This document shows positions 1 through 10,442 of a stretch of DNA of 64,000 bases, in pieces. Numbering within the stretch: position 1 is the first letter of the stretch; each line of letters begins with the position of its first letter. A program made the translations under genes and the position numbers. The notes beneath the pieces were generated by a model. That model was not told the origin of the DNA and did not search any database. It worked only from the letters and a program-made list of their open reading frames with translations. Origin of the DNA: Thermodesulfobacteriota bacterium (GTDB lineage: Bacteria > Desulfobacterota > Binatia > Bin18); NCBI GenBank assembly GCA_964291405.2, contig OZ219926.1:4448001-4512000 (forward strand). Direction: 5' to 3'.

Positions 1-748
1 CATTAAATCCCGCTACCCGTATAATGACACCGGTGAGTTCCCGGCCAATCCGGCCGACGGCTTTCTCGAACCGTTGTCGCTGCTGGGTTATCTGGCTGGC
101 GCCACCAAACGGGTCCGGCTGGGAACCTGGGTGCTCGTGCTGCCCCACCGCAACCCGATTGTTACGGCCAAAATGTTCGCCACCCTGGACGTGTTGTCGC
201 GGGGACGCATGATGCTCGGGGCCGGTATCGGCTGGATGGAAGAGGAGATCAGTCTGCTCGGCGCGCCGTTCAAGAAACGCGGTAAGCTGAGCGACGAATA
301 TCTACGGGCCATGCGCGAGCTGTGGACCAATCCCGACCCACAGTTTGAGGGCGAGTTCTGCCAGTTCAGCGATATCAAATGCGAGCCCAAGCCGGTGCAG
401 AATCCGCTGCCGGTGTGGATTGGCGGGCATTCCGCTCGCGCGATGCGACGGGTGGTCGAGTACGGTGATGGCTGGGTTGCCGTGGCTAGAAGCTACGACG
501 GCTTCAAAGAAGGGGTGGAGATGATCAGAGTCGCTGCAGACAAAGCCGGACGGGATATGAGCAGCATCCAAATTTTAGTCGCTCCGGCCCACACCTCCTC
601 GGTTGACACGTTTATCGAAGAGACCAAACGCTATCAGGACCTGGGCTATGACTCTTTTCTTGCGCCACTGCCGTTATGGAGCGATAAACTGGAAGAGGGT
701 GTAGGGTTCATGGAAGATTTCGCACAAAAAGTGACCCTAGAGTCGTAG
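1..748 (+). CDS. LLM-class (probably F420-dependent) oxidoreductase, 5' end outside window
   Basis: Frame open from position 2; LLM motifs EPLSLLGYLAGAT..RLGT.VLVLP.RNP, GAGIGW..EE, PKPVQ.PLPVWIGG.S. Confidence 0.85.
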   Translation, partial: IKSRYPYNDTGEFPANPADGFLEPLSLLGYLAGATKRVRLGTWVLVLPHRNPIVTAKMFATLDVLSRGRMMLGAGIGWMEEEISLLGAPFKKRGKLSDEYLRAMRELWTNPDPQFEGEFCQFSDIKCEPKPVQNPLPVWIGGHSARAMRRVVEYGDGWVAVARSYDGFKEGVEMIRVAADKAGRDMSSIQILVAPAHTSSVDTFIEETKRYQDLGYDSFLAPLPLWSDKLEEGVGFMEDFAQKVTLES

Positions 749-770
749 CGGTAGAGCGGTTCCCGTATCC

Positions 771-1745
771 TTGACCATCATGCGAGCACTTCATTGGGAC
801 GGACACAACCTGCGGGTGCAGGAGCAGTATCCTGCACCGCAGGCGAGCGATGAGTGGGCACTGGTTCGCGTCCGACTGGCCGGAGTATGTTCGACCGATT
901 TACAGATACTCAAGGGCTATATGGACTTCCGGGGCGTACCGGGGCATGAGTTTGTGGGTGAAGTCCATGAAGGACCGGCCGAATGGATGGGCAAGCGGGT
1001 GGTGGCCGAGATCAATTTCGGCTGCGGCCGATGCGACGCGTGTGGGCGCGGCATGCAGCGCCACTGCCCGACGCGCCAGGTCATGGGCATCTTGGGCGCG
1101 GACGGTAGCTTTGCCGAATATCTGGCCGTACCGCTTGCCAACCTGCATCCCGTTCCGGATTCCGTTCCTGATGAAGCCGCGGTTTTCACAGAACCGCTCG
1201 CTGCTGCGTTTGAAATCCTGGAACAAGTACCCGTCAAGCCTGGGATAGGGACGGTGGTGCTTGGCGATGGCAAGCTGGGTTTGCTGTGTGCGTTTGTGCT
1301 GCACCAGGCTGGCGCGGCGGTGACGATTGTCGGTCGGCATGATGCGAAACTCGCCTTGGCAAAGAAGGCTGGCATGAGAGCGGTGAACCTCTCCGACTGG
1401 CAATCCCAAGCCGTCGGTCTGGTGGTTGAAGCAACCGGCTCACCAACCGGTTTACAACTTGCCATGGCGGCCGTCCGTCCCCGTGGCACGCTCGTCCTGA
1501 AAAGTACGCTTGCCGAGAATCATACGCTCTCGCTGGCACCACTCGTCATCAACGAGGTCACGGTGGTCGGCTCGCGCTGCGGCTTATTCCCCCCAGCCCT
1601 GGAGGCTTTGGCCCACACCCGGATTCCGGTTGCCGCACTGATTGAGGCGGCGTATCCGCTTTCCGCCGGTCTACAGGCCCTCAACCATGCCGCCCAGCGT
1701 GGGACACGCAAAGTCCTGTTGCGCGCCGCCCCTGGTATTGATTAG
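771..1745 (+). CDS. Zn-dependent alcohol dehydrogenase (MDR family); likely ATG at 780
   Basis: GVCSTD, GHEFVG, structural Zn CGRCDAC...C, GDGKLG Rossmann motif. Confidence 0.9.
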   Translation: MTIMRALHWDGHNLRVQEQYPAPQASDEWALVRVRLAGVCSTDLQILKGYMDFRGVPGHEFVGEVHEGPAEWMGKRVVAEINFGCGRCDACGRGMQRHCPTRQVMGILGADGSFAEYLAVPLANLHPVPDSVPDEAAVFTEPLAAAFEILEQVPVKPGIGTVVLGDGKLGLLCAFVLHQAGAAVTIVGRHDAKLALAKKAGMRAVNLSDWQSQAVGLVVEATGSPTGLQLAMAAVRPRGTLVLKSTLAENHTLSLAPLVINEVTVVGSRCGLFPPALEALAHTRIPVAALIEAAYPLSAGLQALNHAAQRGTRKVLLRAAPGID

Positions 1746-1880
1746 CTAGAGCCCCAGAGCCTGTGCTTCTTACACGAGACGCTATCGGCCTGCCACATCT
1801 CGGTAGAAACGGGCAGGACGGTTTACAGCCGTTCCGTTTCAAAGTTAGACTATCTCCTTGTCAAAAAGGAGGCCCCGCCT

Positions 1881-2318
1881 ATGGATAAGAAAACGCTGAT
1901 TGCAGTCGGGCTCTTGGTTGTGGTGATTGTTGTTTCCCTGGAATGGCTCCGTTCTGGGCCCTCTTCGGATGTTCCGCCGGAAGTGATACAGCGGGATATT
2001 TTTATTGGGTCGGCCGGCTCGGGCGATATGAAGACCATGTTGGAAATGCTGGATCAGGGTGTGGACATCAACGTCCACGCTCCCTTCGGTGGTCCGACGG
2101 CGCTCATTGTTGCGGCGCGGTTTGGCCATGTTGCCATTGTCGAAGCGCTGCTTGCGCGTGGGGCTGAGGTCAACGCCGAGGATAACTACGGCCAGACAGC
2201 ACTCTATTTTGCCAAGAAAAACAGCAAAACCAGAGTGATTGAACTGCTGGAAGCCGCAGGTGGGACCTCGCCACCAGTTGAAAAGGTGGATGCACAGCCG
2301 CCGATGAGCGATGTCTGA
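1881..2318 (+). CDS. Membrane-anchored/secreted ankyrin-repeat protein
   Basis: AGGAGG RBS; N-terminal hydrophobic segment; ankyrin repeats GPTALIVAARFGH and GQTALYFA. Confidence 0.85.
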   Translation: MDKKTLIAVGLLVVVIVVSLEWLRSGPSSDVPPEVIQRDIFIGSAGSGDMKTMLEMLDQGVDINVHAPFGGPTALIVAARFGHVAIVEALLARGAEVNAEDNYGQTALYFAKKNSKTRVIELLEAAGGTSPPVEKVDAQPPMSDV

Positions 2319-2445
2319 AGCCCCGCGGGCTATTGCCGATTGACCTTGGTCTATGAGCAGGATAGGACGACCCTCGTCAGGGCGGAGCGCGACCGCTCTC
2401 GTTGTCTAGAGAAAGAAAACGTTTCGCATATTAAGGAGGACTACT

Positions 2446-3675
2446 ATGGCGGCACCCGTGTATGTGCTTGGTGGGCATCAGACCGATTTTGCCCGCAACT
2501 GGATGAAAGAGGGAAACGATATTGTCGATATGCTCAAGGAAGCGGTAGCGGACGGCTTCGCCGCAACAGAGGTGGACCCGCAGGAAGTCGATGTTGCCCA
2601 TGTCGGCAATTTCGCCGCGGAACTCTACTGCAAGCAGGGTCATCTCGGTGCCTTTCTGGCTGAAATCGACCCGGCCCTGTCAGGTATTCCCACCGCGCGG
2701 CACGAAGCCGCCTGCGCGTCGGGCAGTATTTCCATGCTGATGGCCTCGGCGGAAATCGAAGCCGGCCGGTATGAGGTGGCGCTGGTCGTCGGGGTCGAGC
2801 AGATGAAGACCGTTGACCCGGCTACGGGTGGAGATTTTCTCGGCACCGCGGCCTGGTACGACCAGGAGGCCAAGGGAGTGGAGTTTGCGTTTCCAAAGCT
2901 GTTTGGCCAGCTCGGCGATGTGTATGAAGAACGCTATGGGCTGCAGGAAGAACACCTCACCCGGATTGCCGAGGTGAATTACTCAAACGCCCGCCGCAAC
3001 CCCCGAGCGCAAACCCGCGGCTGGTTTTCGGACGAGTCACAGAATTTGGATTCTGGGAAATACGGGAATCCGGTGGCCGGCCGGCTGCGCGTGCGCGACT
3101 GTTCGCAGGTCACAGACGGTGCCACGTCGATTTTCTTAGCCTCGGAATCCTTTGCTAAAAAATACGCCGAACGGAGAGGTCTGGCTCTGGCGAGTCTGCC
3201 CCAGATTCTGGGCTGGGGTCACCGCACCGCACCGATCAAGTTTGATACCAAAATCGCCCAGAGCAAAGGCAACCCCTATGTGTTGCCCCATACGCGAAAA
3301 GCTATTGTTGATGCCTTCCAACGGGCCGGCTTGTCCGATGTCTGGCAGGTGCAGGGCATTGAGACGCACGATTGCTTTACCACCTCCGAGTATATGGCCA
3401 TCGATCATTTCGGGCTTACCAACCCAGGCGAGGCGTGGCGCGCCATCGAGGACGGCGTGATTGAATTTGGTAGTAAGCTGCCGATTAACGCCAGCGGTGG
3501 CTTGATCGGCTGCGGACATCCGGTGGGCGCAACTGGGACGCGGCAGGCCCTGGACGCCTTTCGTCAGGTGACGGAAACGGCCGGGGACTACCAGATTGAA
3601 GGCGCGAAGAAAATCGCGACCTTGAATATCGGTGGCTCGGGCACGACCAGCGTGGCTATGGTCATTGGCTCCTAG
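2446..3675 (+). CDS. Thiolase (SCP-x-like acetyl-CoA acyltransferase)
   Basis: EAACASG, ETHDCF, INASGGL..GHPVGATG motifs; AAGGAGG RBS. Confidence 0.9.
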   Translation: MAAPVYVLGGHQTDFARNWMKEGNDIVDMLKEAVADGFAATEVDPQEVDVAHVGNFAAELYCKQGHLGAFLAEIDPALSGIPTARHEAACASGSISMLMASAEIEAGRYEVALVVGVEQMKTVDPATGGDFLGTAAWYDQEAKGVEFAFPKLFGQLGDVYEERYGLQEEHLTRIAEVNYSNARRNPRAQTRGWFSDESQNLDSGKYGNPVAGRLRVRDCSQVTDGATSIFLASESFAKKYAERRGLALASLPQILGWGHRTAPIKFDTKIAQSKGNPYVLPHTRKAIVDAFQRAGLSDVWQVQGIETHDCFTTSEYMAIDHFGLTNPGEAWRAIEDGVIEFGSKLPINASGGLIGCGHPVGATGTRQALDAFRQVTETAGDYQIEGAKKIATLNIGGSGTTSVAMVIGS

Positions 3676-3709
3676 CCAGTAGAAGTGCGTAGAGAGAAAT
3701 CCATAGTGA

Positions 3710-3729
3710 GGGGGCGACCGGTCGCCCCC
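3710..3729. repeat. Perfect 20-bp palindrome (REP-like / bidirectional terminator) between convergent genes
   Basis: GGGGGCGACC|GGTCGCCCCC. Confidence 0.7.
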
Positions 3730-3731
3730 CC

Positions 3732-5249
3732 TCAGCGTCCGACCGGATAGACGATCAGCCGTCGAAACGGCTCTTCCCCTTCGCTGTGGGAAATCAGGCC
3801 ATAGCTCTTCACCACTTGATGCTGCAAGCGCCGTAGCCGTGCGCGTTGTGGCGAAAGCTCACACTGCTCGTTCTGGGCAATCACCCGCTGCACGCCGGCT
3901 TCTGCTTCCGCCAGTGCAGCCCGATCTTCAGGAAATTCCTCACTGAGATGATCACGGAGGAATTTCTCCATTTGCGAGGCCGTATCGCTCCGTAAGGCGT
4001 AGAGCGGCATGCCGCGTTCGACCAGCAAACGGAGCGCTTTTGGTTGACGTTTGGCCTGGCCTCTCACTGTGAGAATAGCATCGGCGTACGTGGGCTGGTC
4101 GACAACCCGAGCCGGGACATCGAGCGCGTGGATAGCGTGTTCGAGCCGGTGTCGATTAATACCATAGGGATAAATCCGTAGGACCCGGTGTTGCGCCCCC
4201 TGGGTGGGAATGGTGGTATTGTCCTGGACTGCGGACCCGGTCTCCGTCAACTGCTCGGTTGTAATGCTGCCGTCCTCCTGGCGGGTCCGTATTTCCAGGC
4301 TGGAACTCCAGCCCCGTAACAAGCCGTCAACCGCGGCTGCCACATCGGGGTGTACGGCAAAGCGGTGCCGCGTATGGATTTCAATCAGCACGTCGAAGGT
4401 CGGGGGCGCCTTTCGTTCCTGGACGGTCTTTTGGGTCCGCCGCCGTCGGGCTTCGTCATCGCCCAGGGTCACCGACTGCACGCCGCCAATGAGGTCGGCC
4501 AGGGTTGGGTTGAGGACGAGATTCTCCAGCGTCCCGCCATGCGCCGTGGCAATAAGTCGGACGCCGCGCTCGGCAATCGTCCGTGCCGCTCCGGCCTCGG
4601 CTTCCGTTCCGATCTCATCCACCACAATGACTTCGGGCATATGATTTTCGACCGCTTCGATCATTACTTGGTGCTGACGGTCCGGTGAGGGTACCTGCAT
4701 ACGGCGAGCCCGCCCGATCGCCGTGTGGGGAATGTCTCCGTCGCCGGCAATTTCGTTTGAGGTATCCACGATAACGACCCGTTTGCCGTCCTCGTCGGCC
4801 AGCACACGAGCTGCCTCGCGCAGCAAGGTGGTTTTGCCAACGCCTGGTGGGCCTAAGAGCAGGATGCTCTTGTCCGGCTGGTGTACCAGATCCTGCACGA
4901 TATCGAGCGTTCCGAACACGGCCCGTCCGACCCGGCAGGTCAGTCCGATGATGCCGCCCGTGCGGTTGCGGAGCGCGGAGATGCGGTGCAGGGTGCGCGG
5001 AATACCGGCCCGGTTGTCGTGGCTGAACGCGCCGATGCGTTCCACCACAAAGGCGATAGTTTCGGTATCGACCGACTCGGCGGCCAGATCGGCGGTCTTG
5101 GCGACATAGCGCGCCTCGGGTGGACGGCCCAGGTCGAGGACGACTTCCAGCAACTCGTGCAGGGCGCTCTCCCGCAACACGGCCTGACACAGCGTCGGTG
5201 GAAAGACGTCCAGCAGCCGCTCGATATCATCAACGGTTTCCAGGCTCAT
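3732..5249 (-). CDS. Ycf45/SpoIIIAA-like AAA ATPase with C-terminal R3H domain
   Basis: EVVLDLGR.PEAR, Walker A GPPGVGKT, VDTSNEIAGDGD, VDEIG, C-terminal RRLQH R3H. Confidence 0.9.
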   Translation of the reverse strand: MSLETVDDIERLLDVFPPTLCQAVLRESALHELLEVVLDLGRPPEARYVAKTADLAAESVDTETIAFVVERIGAFSHDNRAGIPRTLHRISALRNRTGGIIGLTCRVGRAVFGTLDIVQDLVHQPDKSILLLGPPGVGKTTLLREAARVLADEDGKRVVIVDTSNEIAGDGDIPHTAIGRARRMQVPSPDRQHQVMIEAVENHMPEVIVVDEIGTEAEAGAARTIAERGVRLIATAHGGTLENLVLNPTLADLIGGVQSVTLGDDEARRRRTQKTVQERKAPPTFDVLIEIHTRHRFAVHPDVAAAVDGLLRGWSSSLEIRTRQEDGSITTEQLTETGSAVQDNTTIPTQGAQHRVLRIYPYGINRHRLEHAIHALDVPARVVDQPTYADAILTVRGQAKRQPKALRLLVERGMPLYALRSDTASQMEKFLRDHLSEEFPEDRAALAEAEAGVQRVIAQNEQCELSPQRARLRRLQHQVVKSYGLISHSEGEEPFRRLIVYPVGR

Positions 5250-5264
5250 AACAGGTGCGGAACA

Positions 5265-7067
5265 TCACTGCTGGTCCGGATACAGGCCGTCAATTGCAGC
5301 CCGTCGCGTTTGCAACACTGTTCGGCGTTTGACCTTGAGGGTGGGCGTCAATTCGTTGCTGGCCTGCGAGAACGGTTCGGCCAGCAGGGTGAACTGGCGG
5401 GGCTGGGCGTGTCGCGGCAGGCTGTCGTTGACCGTCTCGAAACACTGCTGAAACAGCGCGCGGATAGTAGGATGGTCCAATAGGGCCGGCCACTCACCGC
5501 TCACCCCGTGTGTGTTGGCCATGATCTCCACAAACTCACGGTCGGGCACCAACAGCACGGTCAGATAGGGACGCTGGTCGCCAATCAGACAGGCCTCTTC
5601 GATCAGCGGCTCCTGGCGAAAGCGCCCCTCAATGGGCTGCGGCGCGATATTCTCGCCCTGTGAGGTGATGAGCAGGTCTTTCTTGCGATCAGTAATGGTC
5701 AGAAAGTCCTGGGCGTCGATTGCTCCTATGTCACCGGTGTGCAGCCAGCCCTCGGCGTCCAGGGCCGCAGCCGTGTCCTCCGGTCGGTTGTAATAGCCGG
5801 TCATGACGTTTGGCCCACGTACGCACACCTCTCCGTCGTCGGCAATACGAACCGATACCTGGGGCAGCGGCGTTCCCACGCTGCCGACTCGGTTCCGATC
5901 CGGCGTATTACAGGCCACGACCGGCCCGGCCTCGGTCAGGCCGTAGCCCTCATAGACGGGAATGCCCGCGCCATAAAAGAAGCAGGCCAGGTCCGCGTTG
6001 AGCGGGGCACCGCCCGACACCAGAAAACGAATCTGGCCGCCGAGCGCCGAGCGTAGTGCACGGAACACCAGGCGGTCGGCCAGACCGTGTTGCAGGCTGA
6101 GCGGAAAGGGCAGGGCAGCCGTGCTGGCAGCGTTGGCCGTGCGTACCCGGCCAGCCGCTCGTCCAACCTCCAGCGCCCAACTCAGAATTTTCTGTTTCAC
6201 AAAGGGCGCGTTTTCTCTTTCGCCCAGCATATGCTGATAGACCCGTTCCAGCACGCGCGGCACACAACACAGTATGGTTGGCCGGACCGCGGCCAGGTCG
6301 TCGGTCAAACTGGCGATGCCGCCACCGTAGGCTATGGTGCCGCCGGCCCGTAGACTTGTGTAGAGCCCGCCGGTGCGCTCGAACCCGTGCGACAGGGGCA
6401 GAAAGGACAGGAACAGATCTTCTTCATTCAGCGGTAGGATCGCAGCCGCATCCTCGGCGTTGGCCAGCATATTGGTATGGCTCAGCATGACGCCTTTGGG
6501 TCGGCCGGTCGTGCCCGAGGTGTAGATGATGGTTGCCAAACCGGGATCGGGTACCGGCTGGGCCGGCTCGGTGCCGTGCTCGCCACTGGCCAGCAGGTCT
6601 GTCAGACTGAGCGCGGTGAGACGGTCCGGCAAACCGATGTCCGGCGCGGAATCCGTGTCGAGATGGATGACTTGCTCAAGGCTCGGTACCTCGGACGCAA
6701 TCTGGGCGATCTTTTGCCGTTGGTCATCGCCGGCCACGGCCAGCACGCTCGCCCCGGCATCGTTGAGGACATAGGCCAGGTCGTCCGGCGGGCTGGTCAG
6801 GTAGAGCGGTACGTCTACCCCGCCCAGATACAGACAGGCCAGATCGATCAACGGCCATTCGGGGCGGTTATCGGCCAGAATGGCCAGCCGACCGCCCGGC
6901 TGAAAGCCTAAGGACGCTAACCCGCGGGCGGCACGGACAATCTGATCGCCAAACTGCTGCCAGGAGATATCTTCCCAAGAGTTGTCGCGTTTGCGCAGAA
7001 AGACGCGCCGTGAGCCGTACCGCGCAGCCCGCTCAAGAATTGTGCTGGCCAGTGATGTATCGCCCAT
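5265..7067 (-). CDS. Long-chain fatty acid-CoA ligase (AMP-dependent synthetase)
   Basis: YTSGTTGRPKG, YEGYGLTE, WLHTGDIG, ELTPTLKVKR. Confidence 0.92.
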   Translation of the reverse strand: MGDTSLASTILERAARYGSRRVFLRKRDNSWEDISWQQFGDQIVRAARGLASLGFQPGGRLAILADNRPEWPLIDLACLYLGGVDVPLYLTSPPDDLAYVLNDAGASVLAVAGDDQRQKIAQIASEVPSLEQVIHLDTDSAPDIGLPDRLTALSLTDLLASGEHGTEPAQPVPDPGLATIIYTSGTTGRPKGVMLSHTNMLANAEDAAAILPLNEEDLFLSFLPLSHGFERTGGLYTSLRAGGTIAYGGGIASLTDDLAAVRPTILCCVPRVLERVYQHMLGERENAPFVKQKILSWALEVGRAAGRVRTANAASTAALPFPLSLQHGLADRLVFRALRSALGGQIRFLVSGGAPLNADLACFFYGAGIPVYEGYGLTEAGPVVACNTPDRNRVGSVGTPLPQVSVRIADDGEVCVRGPNVMTGYYNRPEDTAAALDAEGWLHTGDIGAIDAQDFLTITDRKKDLLITSQGENIAPQPIEGRFRQEPLIEEACLIGDQRPYLTVLLVPDREFVEIMANTHGVSGEWPALLDHPTIRALFQQCFETVNDSLPRHAQPRQFTLLAEPFSQASNELTPTLKVKRRTVLQTRRAAIDGLYPDQQ

Positions 7068-7113
7068 GCTTCACCTCTCGCCACCGAAGAACCGAGCCCC
7101 GTGGAACTGCGCG

Positions 7114-7911
7114 TCAGGCCACGACCTGTTTCAGGAACTGGGCCAGGTCCGCGTTGAAATCCGCAGGTTTTTCCAATTGGTAAAAATGACCGACATCCTT
7201 GAGGATTTTGATCTGGGCATTGGGGATATTGTCGGCCAGGAATTGATTGGCTTCGACCGGTGTGGCCTGATCCTCTTCACCGGCAAAAATGATGGTCGGC
7301 TTGGTGATATTCTTGAGTTGATCCGAAATATTCCACTGAAAGACCCCATTCGGGTCGGTCGCGTTGGCAAAAAAGACCTGCTCGGTAAAATTTTCATCCA
7401 CCGCGAAACAGGACTTCATCAGATCCAGAATTTCCGGCTTGTCCTGTTTGGTCTTCGCCGCGACCGCGCCCTCAATCAGGCCACCGAACGCGCCGTTGAG
7501 GTCTTGCTGAAAGGCTTGCATGGCCTCGGGCGGCATGCCGGCCCCGAGGTTGGTGCCACTGCTGACGATGGCCGTGCCCAAGACGCGGTCGGGAAAGTCG
7601 AGGTTGAACTGCATGGCAATCATCCCGCCAATCGAATTGCCGACCAGAATCGCCTGCTCGTTGCCGGTAGCGTCAAGAATGGCGGCAACGTCAGCGGCCA
7701 TCTCGGGAATGGCATAGCCGGACTCGGGCTTATCCGAACGCCCGTGGCCGCGATGATCGACCGTAATGCACTGATAATCCCGTGCAAACGAAAAGGTCTG
7801 AAAATACCAGATATAGCCGTTGGTCGAAAACGGATGCAGAAACACAATCGGCGTCCCTGCCCCGTAGCTTTCGTAATACACATTCACGCCATCTCGATGG
7901 ACATGCGGCAT
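7114..7911 (-). CDS. Alpha/beta fold hydrolase
   Basis: DHRGHGRS, nucleophile elbow GNSIGG, C-terminal GH; RBS before ATG at 7911. Confidence 0.88.
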   Translation of the reverse strand: MPHVHRDGVNVYYESYGAGTPIVFLHPFSTNGYIWYFQTFSFARDYQCITVDHRGHGRSDKPESGYAIPEMAADVAAILDATGNEQAILVGNSIGGMIAMQFNLDFPDRVLGTAIVSSGTNLGAGMPPEAMQAFQQDLNGAFGGLIEGAVAAKTKQDKPEILDLMKSCFAVDENFTEQVFFANATDPNGVFQWNISDQLKNITKPTIIFAGEEDQATPVEANQFLADNIPNAQIKILKDVGHFYQLEKPADFNADLAQFLKQVVA

Positions 7912-8075
7912 AGCACCCTCCTTAGTGTGTAATTCTCTCGGACCCGCTGTATCACACCCCCAACGCCTTGACGAGGGTGTACGGGTATGTGAGAAAAACG
8001 GAGAAGGGCCGACCATGGCTGCCGGTGTTTGCCCGGAGTACGGTCGCGCAGCAAAGCACAAATAAGGAGGACTGG

Positions 8076-8816
8076 ATGGAGATTACGACTGAGCGCATTC
8101 ATATCAATGTGAACGCGCAGACTATGGACGGTTATATGGTCCGGCCGGCGGACTCGACGCCCCGACCGGCCGTGCTCGTCTTTATGGAAATTTTTGGCGT
8201 GAATTCCCATATTCGAGACGTGACCGAACGGGTGGCAAAAGAGGGCTATGTCGCGCTGGCGCCGGACTTCTTTCATCGAACCGGCCCTGGGGTGGAATAC
8301 GGATATGACGAAGCGGGCATGGCCGCGGGTATTGAACTCCTGGGCCAACTCAAAGCGGACGAAATGTCAGCTGATGCGTTGGCGGCCGTTTCTTTTCTTA
8401 AACGCAAGAATTTTGTGATCGGCAATAAAATTGGGGCCATGGGTTTTTGTGTTGGCGGGCATATGACTTACTTAACCGCGTGTGAAACCGACGTGGTCGC
8501 TGCGGCCAGCTTTTATGGGGGCGGGATTGCCGGAGAGCAAGGCTTTGGTGGCCAGCCGTCAACCGTAGGCCGGACCGGACAAATTGAAGGCCGTGTGTTG
8601 TGTCTGTTCGGCGGGAAAGATGCCCATATCCCTATGTCCGATGTGGATACGATTCGGGGTGCGCTTGAATCCAACAGCATTCAGCATGAAGTGGTGGTCT
8701 ATCCCGAGGCCGACCACGGGTTTTTCTGTGACCAGCGCGGGTCGTATAATGAAGCCGCTGCAACCGACGCCTGGGAGCGGGTGAAAGCCCTGTTTGCCGA
8801 AGAACTGGGTTCGTAG
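8076..8816 (+). CDS. Dienelactone hydrolase family protein
   Basis: EIFGVN.HI, GFCVGG, YP.ADHGF; TAAGGAGG RBS. Confidence 0.92.
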   Translation: MEITTERIHINVNAQTMDGYMVRPADSTPRPAVLVFMEIFGVNSHIRDVTERVAKEGYVALAPDFFHRTGPGVEYGYDEAGMAAGIELLGQLKADEMSADALAAVSFLKRKNFVIGNKIGAMGFCVGGHMTYLTACETDVVAAASFYGGGIAGEQGFGGQPSTVGRTGQIEGRVLCLFGGKDAHIPMSDVDTIRGALESNSIQHEVVVYPEADHGFFCDQRGSYNEAAATDAWERVKALFAEELGS

Positions 8817-8842
8817 TTTACTGCTGACCGGACTGTTTGTTG

Positions 8843-8876
8843 ACAACAAGGGCGCACGGCCGTGCGCCCTTGTTGT
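8843..8876. repeat. Perfect 34-bp palindrome (REP-like/terminator)
   Basis: ACAACAAGGGCGCACGG|CCGTGCGCCCTTGTTGT. Confidence 0.75.
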
Positions 8877-8921
8877 TTGCAAAAGCAGGTATTTGGAAAA
8901 AAGAGAATAAGGGAGAGCGTA

Positions 8922-9734
8922 ATGGGCAGCCTTGATGGAAAAGTCGCAATTGTCACCGGGGCAGGACGCTTACGCGGGATCGGCCGGGCCGCGGCTCTGG
9001 CTCTGGCCGAACTGGGAGCTGACCTTGTTGTCACCGGAACCGGCCGCGATCCTCAGCACTACCCGGAAGATGAAAAAGCCGTGGGCTGGCGGGATATTGA
9101 GAGCACGGCCGAACAGGTGAGGGCCGCTGGCAGGCGGTGTGTACCGTTGATTGCCAACGTTACCGACAGTGCGGCTGTGCAAAACACCGTCGATGCTACG
9201 CTCAAGGAGTTCGGCCGGATTGATATCCTGATCAACAATTCTGCTTTTGCGCGCGGACCGGACCGGGTGCCGCTGACCGAACTTCCCGAAGACGTGTGGC
9301 GGAAAGTCCTCGACATCAAGCTCACCGGCAGTTTTTTGATGAGTCAGGCCGTGGTGCCGACCATGATTCAGCAGGGCCAGGGAGGCAGTATTCTGAATAT
9401 CTCGTCCATTGCCGGCAAAAAGGGCAACCCGAATATGGTTGCCTATTGTACCTCGAACTTCGGGATTCAGGGCTTTACCCAAGCCCTGGCTATGGAATTG
9501 GCCGCGCATAATATTCGGGTCAACGCAGTATGTCCGGGCATAATTGATACCTCGCGCATGGACGACCTCGGGCGGGATGACACCTGGAACAAAACGATTC
9601 AGCAGTTGATCCCCCTGAATCGGCCCGGTTCCGATACGGAGATTGGAAAGTTCCTGGCCTATCTGTGTACGCCTGACGCGTCGTATATTACCGGCCAGTC
9701 CCTCAATATTGACGGTGGTGTGGTGATGTGGTGA
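8922..9734 (+). CDS. SDR family oxidoreductase
   Basis: TGAGRLRGIG, DILINN, YCTSN in place of YxxxK, RVNAVCPG. Confidence 0.9.
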   Translation: MGSLDGKVAIVTGAGRLRGIGRAAALALAELGADLVVTGTGRDPQHYPEDEKAVGWRDIESTAEQVRAAGRRCVPLIANVTDSAAVQNTVDATLKEFGRIDILINNSAFARGPDRVPLTELPEDVWRKVLDIKLTGSFLMSQAVVPTMIQQGQGGSILNISSIAGKKGNPNMVAYCTSNFGIQGFTQALAMELAAHNIRVNAVCPGIIDTSRMDDLGRDDTWNKTIQQLIPLNRPGSDTEIGKFLAYLCTPDASYITGQSLNIDGGVVMW

Positions 9735-10324
9735 TACTGACTGCCGGAGTAAATGTAATGATCCCACGCCATTGGGAGTGCCGCATTGACACTGCCTCAA
9801 CCGAGGGCCGCCGGGCTCCCCGGTATCTCCAACGCCATCCATGCGGCGAGTGAGGGCGCAGTTCAGACTCGAACGGAATGCAGGAATTTCACAAAATAAC
9901 GAGTGGCCTGCACGATATCGACAGTGCACTCGTCAAGCGTGGCACGGCAATGGGGCCATTGGTGCCACCCTTCAGAGACGCTTGTAGGGCGCGTGGTTCA
10001 TAGTGACGGAAATGAACCGTCAAATTGTGGATGGATGGCTGCCGAAAGATCTCTGGGCATACGTGAACGAGCCGGAACAGGCGTGGTCACGAAAGTTGTT
10101 CGAGCAAATTCCTCCTCCGAAAACACCACCTCCGCAAACAAAGTCGCCCGACAACCCATTTGCTATCCCCTTACAACGCTGACCTCAAAGCCGTCTGCCA
10201 TACACGCAGCGTCACACAAAGAGTTCGCGGGCCGTCATTCTCTAGGATCGCTGAAGTTCCCAAAAATTGACGCAGAAGATACGAAAGATGCCCTGGCTCG
10301 AATCTTCTTGATTTATTCGTATAT

Positions 10325-10350
10325 TCTTATATAAGATAATTATTATATAA
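10325..10350. promoter_or_regulatory. AT-rich palindromic putative ArsR operator/promoter
   Basis: Perfect palindrome TCTTATATAAGA plus a second TTATATAA about 100 bp upstream of the ArsR gene. Confidence 0.5.
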
Positions 10351-10442
10351 GGATGTTGGTGGGGATCAAGTCTTGGAAGCGATGTCCCCCATTTTTCTCA
10401 GGCTTCCCCGAAGAAGTGTAGGGAAAAAGCAATGAGGCCATA

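Noticed and set aside
6982-7932. Long antisense ORFs (also 8970-9929, 32811-33710, 40332-41342, 60464-61294)
   Set aside because: Shadows of well-supported genes on the opposite strand in GC-rich DNA; no motifs.
9903-10334. 143-aa ORF
   Set aside because: No RBS or recognisable motif, atypical composition, and it runs into the AT-rich operator.
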